Assembly (NCBI GenBank): GCA_963796965.1
Contig: CAWCNS010000009.1
Coordinates: forward strand, 672,001 to 736,000
Direction: 5' to 3'
Length of the DNA: 64,000 bases
Source of the DNA: Calditrichia bacterium
GTDB taxonomy: Bacteria > Calditrichota > Calditrichia > JAJRVZ01
Translations under genes and position numbers: made by a program
The notes under the pieces: model-generated
The model's input: the letters and a program-made list of their open reading frames with translations, nothing else
Database searches by the model: none
What the model was told of the DNA's origin: nothing
In this document: positions 1 to 7,950 of the stretch, piece by piece
Layout: each line of letters starts with the position of its first letter
How positions within the stretch are numbered: the stretch's first letter is position 1

Positions 1-2
1 CT

Positions 3-269
3 GTCAACCCCATATTGGTTGATTGGAACAAGAGTATTGCTGCACGCCTGGGTGCTTTTCCCGATCTGGGATTAGGCCTGCTTGAAACGAATGGGCATCA
101 AAATTACAAAAACTGGAAGACCATGTTTTCGTATCATCCGGACAATGGCGCCAGCTGGACCAAAACTGTCGATGGTGTTTTTAATCTGGATGACAATTAT
201 TATAAACAGAGTGGAGGCATTTTTAAACCATCTGGTCACTATGAGGCGATGTTTTCTCATAAAATATGA
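3..269 (+). CDS. C-terminal part of a hypothetical protein (runs off left edge)
   Basis: Frame is open from the window edge (VNPILVDWNKSIAARLG...) to TGA at 267-269; no recognisable motif. Confidence 0.5.
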   Translation, partial: VNPILVDWNKSIAARLGAFPDLGLGLLETNGHQNYKNWKTMFSYHPDNGASWTKTVDGVFNLDDNYYKQSGGIFKPSGHYEAMFSHKI

Positions 270-383
270 TAGATTGTGTTTTAGGCGAAATGGGTTTTGA
301 TTGTGTATCTCTTATGAAATAACTATGAGAAATTGGATTTATCCAACCAAATCCGCAAAAGTTTTTTAAAATTGAGGAATGAT

Positions 384-1367
384 ATGCATAAGTTACGTTG
401 GGGAATTCTCAGTACGGCAAATATTGGCATAAAAAAAGTTATACCCGCCATGCAGAAGAGTGATAAATGTGAAATAAGCGCCATTGCTTCACGTGATATT
501 GATGCAGCGAAAATGGCAGCTGAGAAATTGAATATTCCAAATTATTATGGTTCATATCAGGAGTTGCTTGATGATCCCGATATCGATGCTATTTATAACC
601 CTCTGCCTAATCATTTACATGTACCATGGTCTGTCAAAGCCATTGAGGCTGGTAAACATGTTCTTTGCGAAAAGCCGATAGCCCTTTCTTCAGCTGAAGC
701 TGAATCATTCCTTGAGGTCTGCCAGACACATCTTGATATTAAAGTAATGGAAGCCTTCATGTATCGTTATCATCCCCAGTGGCAACGGGCAAAACAAATG
801 GTCAAAGACGGACAGATTGGTACGCTGCAGACAATTAACTCCGTATTTTCCTATTATAACACGGATCCGAAAAATATTCGTAATATGGCCGATATCGGTG
901 GAGGGGGGTTAATGGATATTGGTTGTTATTGTATTTCCCTGGCACGGTTTATTTTTTCTGAAGAACCTCAACGGGTATCTGGAACTATTAACTACGATCT
1001 TGATTTTAAAACTGATGTTCTGGCCAGTGGTATACTTGAATTTTCCAAAGGGACTTCAACATTTACATGCTCAACCCAACTCTCGCCTTATCAAAAAGTT
1101 AATATTTTCGGCAGTGATGGCCAAATCGAGATTGAGATTCCTTTTAATGCCCCTCCAGATAGACCTACACGTATTTTTCACCAATATTGTGATAACAAAG
1201 AAGAAATTATATTTGATATTTGCGATCAATATACAATCCAGGGTGATCTGTTTGCAGATGCTGTTCTGAATAATCGGACTGTTCCTACGCCAATTGAGGA
1301 TGCGGTTGCAAATATGCGGGTTATTGAAGCAATAATAAAAAGTGATAAAGAGGGTACCTGGATATAA
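384..1367 (+). CDS. Gfo/Idh/MocA family NAD(P)-dependent oxidoreductase
   Basis: LRWGILSTANIG Rossmann start, HVLCEKP motif, GGGLMDIGCY. ATG at 384 follows GAGG RBS; the ORF track extends to TTG 333. Confidence 0.9.
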   Translation: MHKLRWGILSTANIGIKKVIPAMQKSDKCEISAIASRDIDAAKMAAEKLNIPNYYGSYQELLDDPDIDAIYNPLPNHLHVPWSVKAIEAGKHVLCEKPIALSSAEAESFLEVCQTHLDIKVMEAFMYRYHPQWQRAKQMVKDGQIGTLQTINSVFSYYNTDPKNIRNMADIGGGGLMDIGCYCISLARFIFSEEPQRVSGTINYDLDFKTDVLASGILEFSKGTSTFTCSTQLSPYQKVNIFGSDGQIEIEIPFNAPPDRPTRIFHQYCDNKEEIIFDICDQYTIQGDLFADAVLNNRTVPTPIEDAVANMRVIEAIIKSDKEGTWI

Positions 1368-1390
1368 AACAAACACCTGTTTTTTTTATT

Positions 1391-1933
1391 CTACGAATTT
1401 TCCATTAGATCACGTAAAGCAATTAAGTTATTACCACAGGTATTACCGATAATGCTTTTAAGAAGAAATTGGTTATAAATCCTGGTTACAAAACTGGCCG
1501 GTCTATAGGATATCTCTATTGTTATCTCCGTTGTTCCATCCAGAAGAGGTTTCAACTTGTACGAGGTTCGATAGTCCCTAAGCAGTGGATTCTCATTGAG
1601 ACCTGTTCTCTGTAATGTCAATTTCTTATCAGGCTCCAAAACTGTCACCTGTTCTTCATGAAAGATCGATGACTCATAGTCTTTCAAAAAAAAACGTACA
1701 GTTGCTCCCTCCCAGAGTTGGTTACCCTTATTAAGCATAACTTTTTTAAGGTGCGTATGCCAGGATGCATAATTTTCAATTGTGACGATTTGCCGCCATA
1801 CAACATTTACAGGACTTTTTATAACCTGGGTACGGGACAAATAGGTGTTTTGGGGTGCAAATATACCTATACTAATCATGATGACTATCGTCACCACAAA
1901 AATTACAGCGAATATTTTTATACTCTTAATCAT
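1391..1933 (-). CDS. SRPBCC/START-like family protein with N-terminal membrane anchor
   Basis: Hydrophobic N-terminus then 'SRTQVIKSPVNVVWRQIVTIENYASWH', typical of SRPBCC domains. Confidence 0.65.
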   Translation of the reverse strand: MIKSIKIFAVIFVVTIVIMISIGIFAPQNTYLSRTQVIKSPVNVVWRQIVTIENYASWHTHLKKVMLNKGNQLWEGATVRFFLKDYESSIFHEEQVTVLEPDKKLTLQRTGLNENPLLRDYRTSYKLKPLLDGTTEITIEISYRPASFVTRIYNQFLLKSIIGNTCGNNLIALRDLMENS

Positions 1934-1987
1934 TTAAAACCATTACCTTTGATGCTAAACTAGCAATGAAAGTTGATTCATGGGATA

Positions 1988-2779
1988 CTATCGAAGGAGA
2001 AGCATTTTTTTGCTCTGTCTAAAATTACCCGCCTGCAGGATATAATAATAAGATCCAGCACTAACAGAAAATCCGGAATTATTTAGACCATCCCAGCTTA
2101 CCTCATGCTTTCCGGCATGAAATGTATTTTCCAATAATATACGTACTAATCTACCCTGATTGTTATAAATTTTCAGACTAACATTTTGAATTGCGCTAAG
2201 CTGAAATGAAATATTGGTGGAAGGATTAAAAGGATTCGGGTAATTTTGGTTGAGTTCATATGTTTTTACGATTTTACCTTCCTCTATGGAACTTGTCGTA
2301 ATTAATTTATCTAGCACAGATTTAATATTAGAAATAGGCACACCTCCCCCTCTGTAGCGGACAATCCCTTCCTGGTCAATCACAATAGAAATGTCAAGAT
2401 CTTCATAGGCTTGATAGGCTGTTCTCGTTCCTGAGGCATTGATGCAAAGTGGATAGGTTATTCCGGTTGCTGATTGAAATTGTCCAACATTTGAAGAATT
2501 GCTTCCTGACCAGTAATCTAAACCTATGGCCTGAAAATATTGACTATCATAGTTTTGGTTTATTAAAGCCTCTGTGTCTGGCCCAGACAGAATGCACGCA
2601 CCTCATCCATGGCCAAAGAAAAACAAATAAACTGCTTTTCCACTAAAATCGGAGAGAGAAATAGTTCCATGTTCGACTGTCGTATGGGTAAAATTTGGCG
2701 CTGCTTCCCCCACTCCTTGTGCTGATGCCAGCGAGCACAACCACAAAGCTATAGCAAAAGTTAATATGAATTTTTTCAT
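1988..2779 (-). CDS. Secreted redoxin (AhpC/TSA-TlpA fold) with UxxC motif and YPNPFNP/FlgD-Ig C-terminal sorting domain; probable selenoprotein, 263 aa
   Basis: GGAGG RBS and ATG 2779; signal peptide MKKFILTFAIALWLCSLASAQ; APNFT...ISLSDFSGKAVYLFFFGHG-TGA(2605-2603)-GAC. No other stop before the frame joins ORF 1988..2383 (GITYPL, IDQEGIVRY, NYPNPFNP...KKMLLLR). Confidence 0.85.
2571..2591 (-). promoter_or_regulatory. Candidate bacterial SECIS hairpin
   Basis: Minus-strand TCTGTCTG-GGC-CAGACACAGA: 6-bp stem TGTCTG/CAGACA with a G-initiated apical loop 19 nt downstream of the in-frame UGA. Confidence 0.6.
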
Positions 2780-2821
2780 GGTTTTTATCCTCCGTAGTTT
2801 GAGATTTTTAAGTCTTTTTTG

Positions 2822-2952
2822 CTCGCAAAGACGCTAAGCCGCAAAGATTTTGACTAAAACAACTCAAAGTGCTTTATCTATAAAATCACAATTTTTGTCC
2901 AAATTCCTGTAAATTATAAAGTAGTAACTTTGCGTCTTAGCGTCTTTGCGAG
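2822..2952. repeat. 25-bp inverted repeat pair (REP/MITE-like intergenic element)
   Basis: CTCGCAAAGACGCTAAGCCGCAAAG (2822-2846) and CTTTGCGTCTTAGCGTCTTTGCGAG (2928-2952) are reverse complements with 1 mismatch, around an 81-bp AT-rich spacer. Confidence 0.8.
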
Positions 2953-2980
2953 AGATCAAATATTTTAAAATAATTCATAC

Positions 2981-4439
2981 CTAGAGATTACTAGTCAGGC
3001 GAAATTCAAATCCCTCAAAGGGCAATACCTGATAACAAACGCCCGCAGTACAGGCGTTTCCTCCACGGCGTTTTCCGTAAAATAAGCTGACAAAATGTTC
3101 TTGACTATATTGATATCCGGCATTAAAGCCAATCCAATCTTGTCGTTGTTCTCCCGGATCTGTCGTTCGTTCAATCGTGAAGCCTACCGAGAAGTCCGGC
3201 GCATAGGATATAGATAAAGAAGCCAGTTGATTTATTATCTTGTGCGGAACACTTAAATCTCTAATAAAATCCTGATATTCAATATCAATAATGGTCGCTA
3301 ATCCCGGAATCCATTCTGTTTCAGTATAGATACCGTAGGTCTGTCTATTTTTTTCTAGACGAATATCTTCGCTGGCTATATCAAAAAAACCTTTCACCGT
3401 CACCTGAGGAGAAAAATAATAACCCAACTCAATAAACTTTTCATTATAATTGAAATCTTTTATAATAGTTTTATTTTTTGCTTCCGAAAGATTTGTTGTT
3501 ACAGTTAGATCTGTACCAAAATTATAGAAAATTTCTAACTGATAGCCTGTTTCATTATAAGGTTCAAGACTATGCGTACTTCTATTTAACAGGGTATATT
3601 CATGTTCTTTTACCAATGGAGGAGGGTCATTAAATCTTAGAAAAAAATCATTGTAATCCTTATATTCCGCACTCAGGCCGGCTGGGCCTAAATAAGTGTT
3701 CAAACTGAGATATAAAGCATGCGCTGATTCAGATTTGAGATTAAAAAAGCGATTAGATGAACCGAGTTTACCGGCATACTCTCCGTATATTTGCATATTA
3801 AGTGGAAGATTCGCAGACAGCGCAAAACTGGCCAGTTCTTTGTATTCATTTTGGCGGTTTTGTCTAAGATAGAGCTGCCATCACTGTCAAATCTCCAATA
3901 TATAGATTAGTCTGCGCTGATTCGAGTAAATTTTCGCGTCGTATATCGTTTGAAATTATTGGCGGCAGATCTTCCCGTAATACTCTTCCCCTAAAAGCAA
4001 TGAATTCAAACCATTTGTAACCATACCCAAGTTTTACACCATTTATGTCACGATAGAAACCATAACGTGTGCGCAACCCTGCTTGTTCTCTAATAACACC
4101 AGGGATTTCATACGTACGTAATAATAATCCTCGTCCCAATATTTGATAAAAATGTCCGACAAGCAGATTAAAGTTCTCTTTATTAAAAGATAGTGACCAT
4201 TGTGTGACGTTGTTATAGGATATATCCTTACTCGTATTCTGAAAATGCTCAAATTTTCCCATAAAGAGAATTTCATTATATCGATAAGACAGACTGAGTT
4301 GGTCGAAATGTGTGGTCAGGTTTGATGGTTCTTCATTTGGCAGGTTTCCCATCTGATATTCTAAAATATTTGATACTGAAAGCTGACCAAGAACATTATT
4401 AACCACTAAAAATAAAATGAGTGATACGTTATTTTTCAT
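2981..4439 (-). CDS. DUF6029-like outer-membrane (beta-barrel) protein, split by a +1 frameshift near 3872
   Basis: ORFs 3864..4541 and 2981..3796 join on removal of one base at 3872 (MAA-YLRQNRQNEYKEL...). Signal-like N-terminus, GHFYQILGRGLLLR, and C-terminal YGKRRGGNACTAGVCYQVLPFEGFEFRLTSNL resembling DUF6029. Confidence 0.65.
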
Positions 4440-4947
4440 CCTCATTATTCGCTGAGTCTTCTCTGAGTAGTTTATCGATCTCTTCCTGTAATATTTCTTC
4501 ATCACCTGGTCTGTAACCCCGGTGAACGTATACAATTTCATTATCAGAATCTACGATTAGTACTGTTGGCATTACTGTAACTTGTAGCCTGGCCATTAGC
4601 TCGCTATTTGAATCCAATAAAACGGGGTAATTTATACCCAAGGAATTGGCAAAGGGCCTCACCTTTGGTGTATTTCTTGGGCCATCCACGTTTATACCAA
4701 TAAACTGTACACCCTTGTCCTTATATTTTGCATAGAGATCGACTAATTTTGGAATTTCTCTTGAACAGGGTTTGCACCATGTAGCCCAAAAGTCCAATAT
4801 GGTTAGTTTTTCTCCCTGAAGTTGTGAGAATGTTACCTTTTGATTATTAAGATCCTTTAGAGTAAAGTCATCCAATATTGCAGCAAAAAGTGTATTTGCA
4901 AAAATGGTTAAAATCATTAATGATTTGGCGTTTTTTAAAATTGGCAT
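4429..4947 (-). CDS. TlpA-family thiol:disulfide oxidoreductase, exported
   Basis: Signal peptide, DFTLKDLN, LDFWATWCKPC, YPVLLD, VMPT. Likely start is ATG 4947. Confidence 0.9.
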   Translation of the reverse strand: MPILKNAKSLMILTIFANTLFAAILDDFTLKDLNNQKVTFSQLQGEKLTILDFWATWCKPCSREIPKLVDLYAKYKDKGVQFIGINVDGPRNTPKVRPFANSLGINYPVLLDSNSELMARLQVTVMPTVLIVDSDNEIVYVHRGYRPGDEEILQEEIDKLLREDSANNEDEK

Positions 4948-5190
4948 TGTTATTATTCCATTATTTAATGATAAATATGAACACAACAGAACAGAGAATC
5001 TACTATAATAAATACATTTCGTAAGAGTCCTTACTTTTTTCCCTGAGATCTTATATCGGTTAACATGTTTTGTGCATTGATATCGTGATAATACGCACGT
5101 TTCATATTTTGTTGGATAAGTAAGTTTATTACATTATTTTTTCATTTAATATTAAGTTTAACATATAATTTATAGCGAAAGGATCATATC

Positions 5191-6543
5191 TTGTCAGCAT
5201 TAATGGTTTCGATATCGGGTGTTAGAGGTATTGTAGGAAAAAGTCTCACACCAGCAGTTATCCAAAAATTTGCCTTAGCCTTTGGCTCTCTTATGAATCA
5301 GTCACTTATTATAGTAGGCAGTGATTCAAGAACCAGCGGGTCCTTGATCAAAAACATTGTTAAGGGCAGTATTCAGGCCACAGGATGCAAGGTGATTGAT
5401 ATCGGTATCGTCCCCACCCCAACCGTACAAATGGAAATACTACATCATCAGGCCGGGGGCGGTGTTGCTATCACAGCAAGTCATAATCCATCCGAATGGA
5501 ATGGACTCAAATTCATGGATGCAAATGGACGCTTTCTCAGCCCTGAGAAAGCGGCTGCCGTTTATGAATTAGCAGAAGAGGGGAAATTTAACCTGAAAGA
5601 GTGGGAGGCAGTCAGCAGAGAAAGTGCTGACGATGGTGCAAATAATCGTCATATTGAAGCGGTGCTAAACCTTCCCTACATCGATGTAAAAGGACTCCAA
5701 AAGAGAAAATTCACCGTGGTGGTGGATTGTGTTAACGGGGCTGGTGGATTAATTATGCCCCAACTTCTTGAAGAACTTGGGTGCACTGTACATGTGATAA
5801 ATGGAGAACCCAATGGTCATTTTGCACACACACCAGAACCCCTCCCGGAAAATTTGACTCAGCTTGCAGATATAGTTCTGGAGAAAAAAGCAGATATCGG
5901 ATTTGCCGTAGATCCGGATGTAGACCGCTGTGCTATCATTGATAATTTGGGCCAACCCATTGGTGAAGAATACACCCTTGTTTCTGCTGTGAAATTTATG
6001 TTGGGAAAAAAACTGGGCCCTGTTGTGGTAAATATGTCAACTTCACGTGCCAGCGAAGATATCGCTAAATATTATAACTGCCCTTTCATAAGATCAAAGG
6101 TTGGAGAAATCAATGTTGTCGAAGAAATGGCAAAGAACGCAGCTGTTATTGGTGGCGAAGGAAACGGCGGGGTGATTCTTCCGGATATTCACCTGGGTAG
6201 AGATGCTCCAATTGCAGCGGCCTTATCACTTCAACATTTATTGGAATCTGAAACGACCATGGCTGAACTGGTTAAATCGCTCCCACAGTATTTTATGGTA
6301 AAAAGCAAAATTGCCATCGGTGAATCTGATCCGGATAAGGTGATTAACGCATTGATTGAAAAATTTTCTGACCAAAAATTAAATTTACTGGATGGGTTAA
6401 AGATTGATGCGGAGGACCATTGGGTACATTTACGGAAATCAAATACAGAACCAATCATCAGGATTATTGCAGAAGCAAAAACTACTGATGAAGTTCAGCA
6501 AGTTGTTAATAATTATACCAAGGTTATAAAAAATCTGTTTTAG
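5191..6543 (+). CDS. glmM: Phosphohexomutase superfamily enzyme (Bacteroidota-type phosphoglucosamine mutase/PMM)
   Basis: SISGVRG, TASHNP phosphoserine loop, DPDVDR metal site, GGEGNGG, RKSNTEP. TTG start with GAAAGGA RBS. Confidence 0.7.
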   Translation: MSALMVSISGVRGIVGKSLTPAVIQKFALAFGSLMNQSLIIVGSDSRTSGSLIKNIVKGSIQATGCKVIDIGIVPTPTVQMEILHHQAGGGVAITASHNPSEWNGLKFMDANGRFLSPEKAAAVYELAEEGKFNLKEWEAVSRESADDGANNRHIEAVLNLPYIDVKGLQKRKFTVVVDCVNGAGGLIMPQLLEELGCTVHVINGEPNGHFAHTPEPLPENLTQLADIVLEKKADIGFAVDPDVDRCAIIDNLGQPIGEEYTLVSAVKFMLGKKLGPVVVNMSTSRASEDIAKYYNCPFIRSKVGEINVVEEMAKNAAVIGGEGNGGVILPDIHLGRDAPIAAALSLQHLLESETTMAELVKSLPQYFMVKSKIAIGESDPDKVINALIEKFSDQKLNLLDGLKIDAEDHWVHLRKSNTEPIIRIIAEAKTTDEVQQVVNNYTKVIKNLF

Positions 6544-6624
6544 TGGACATCAAAGTTAATCTGCAAAATTTTCAGCATTAGAGTAATGATGCGATTGAGA
6601 GGGTGTATGATAATAAAAAATCAA

Positions 6625-6743
6625 ACACCGATTTACACGGATTTTCCCCGAAATTATATTATTTTTTTAGGTATTAGAACTAATGCTTAAAATAATTTCA
6701 ATGTTTGCTTTTACTCTGTGAATCTCTGTGTATTTCCGTGATA
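6625..6743. repeat. Degenerate 10-nt periodic repeats in inverted orientation
   Basis: ACACCGATTT-ACACGGATTT-TCCCCGAAAT (6625-6654) opposite CTCTGTGAAT-CTCTGTGTAT-TTCCGTGATA (6714-6743). Confidence 0.4.
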
Positions 6744-6908
6744 AAAAATTATTTTTACACGGCCCATTATTTGCGTCCTTACTTTCTCCCAATTAATAAA
6801 GTCAATTTTATTCGTTATAGTCCTTACATAATTAAATAATTCTCACTCAGTAAGTTATAAATTTTCAATATAACAGTGATTTAGTAATTCAAAAAAATAA
6901 ATAATTTA

Positions 6909-6937
6909 TTGACATCTAACTATTTTATACCTATTAT
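6909..6937 (+). promoter_or_regulatory. Sigma70-type promoter of the BMC operon
   Basis: TTGACA (6909-6914), 17-bp spacer, TATTAT (6932-6937). Confidence 0.75.
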
Positions 6938-6972
6938 TGAACAAATGTTAAATTTACCTGAACATTTGTTCA
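6936..6972. promoter_or_regulatory. Tandem palindromic operator for the adjacent DeoR/SorC regulator
   Basis: TGAACAAATGTTAA (6938-6951) and TGAACATTTGTTCA (6959-6972), 21 bp apart, between the -10 box and the regulator ATG. Confidence 0.7.
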
Positions 6973-6975
6973 TAT

Positions 6976-7923
6976 ATGACAAAACCTACACACGACATAT
7001 CGCTGCTTCTTGAGACGGCAAAATTGTATTATCAACATGACTTAAGCCAGCAGCAAATTGCTCAAAAAATCGGGATTTCCCGTCCCGGCGTTTCTCGTTT
7101 GCTTCAACGTGCCCGGGATGAAGGGATCGTACGAATTGAAATTATTGATCCCTTTCAAATGGGTACACAGTTAGAACAGGATTTAAAAGAAAAGTTTAAT
7201 CTTAACAAAGTAATAATCGTACCTGCTGATGAGCGATCCCTGATTCTAAAACGTCGTTTGGGGTTTGCGACCCACAGCTATTTAATAACCCTTCTTAAAG
7301 ATAACATGGTCCTGGGTGTTTCCTGGGGGACTACTATGCAGGAAGTAGCAAAGGCAGTAGTGGCAAAAAAAATAAATAACCTCACTGTTGTCCAATTAAA
7401 TGGAGGTATTTCGAAGGCAGCATACGATACACATGCCAGTGAAATTGCGCAGAGTATTGGTTTAAAGTATCAGGCTATTCCGTACCTGCTTCCATTGCCT
7501 GCGATCGTCGATTCAGCTGCATTAAAAAACTCTATCATCTCAGATAAAAATATTGCCAGAACTCTTAGTTTAGCGGATCAATCAGAAGTGGCCATATATA
7601 CAATCGGCCTATTTAATAAAAATTCTGTGCTGGTAAAAGCTGACTATTTCGATGATGCTGAAATTGAATCATTAGTGGATAAAGGTGCAATCGGTGATAT
7701 TTGCTCGCGCATCATTAATCATGAGGGAAATATTTGCTCAAAATCGCTTGACCATAGAACCATAGGGATTGAATTAAAAAATCTGGTAAAAAAGAAACAT
7801 GCTATTGCGGTCGTTGGTGGTCTTGATAAACTCCCTGCTATCTTAGCTGCTTTGAAGGGGCGATGGATGAATACCCTGGTTGTCGACGACCGGGTTGCCG
7901 CAGAATTAATTTTAAGTAATTAG
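6976..7923 (+). CDS. deoR: SorC/DeoR-family sugar-phosphate-binding transcriptional regulator
   Basis: N-terminal HTH (AKLYYQHDLSQQQIAQKIGISRPGVSRLL), GVSWGTT, VVQLNGG, GAIGDICSR. Resembles B. subtilis-type DeoR. Confidence 0.8.
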   Translation: MTKPTHDISLLLETAKLYYQHDLSQQQIAQKIGISRPGVSRLLQRARDEGIVRIEIIDPFQMGTQLEQDLKEKFNLNKVIIVPADERSLILKRRLGFATHSYLITLLKDNMVLGVSWGTTMQEVAKAVVAKKINNLTVVQLNGGISKAAYDTHASEIAQSIGLKYQAIPYLLPLPAIVDSAALKNSIISDKNIARTLSLADQSEVAIYTIGLFNKNSVLVKADYFDDAEIESLVDKGAIGDICSRIINHEGNICSKSLDHRTIGIELKNLVKKKHAIAVVGGLDKLPAILAALKGRWMNTLVVDDRVAAELILSN

Positions 7924-7950
7924 AAGATATCACGAAAGGATTATATTAAT

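Noticed and set aside
2603..2605. TGA read as a pseudogene stop or as Trp/Gly recoding (genetic code 4/25)
   Set aside because: Many genes here end in TGA, including ATGA overlaps, so the code is standard. The position in UxxC plus the hairpin fits Sec better than a random nonsense mutation.
2449..2646. 65-aa plus-strand ORF
   Set aside because: It is antisense to the reconstructed selenoprotein reading frame and has no recognisable features.
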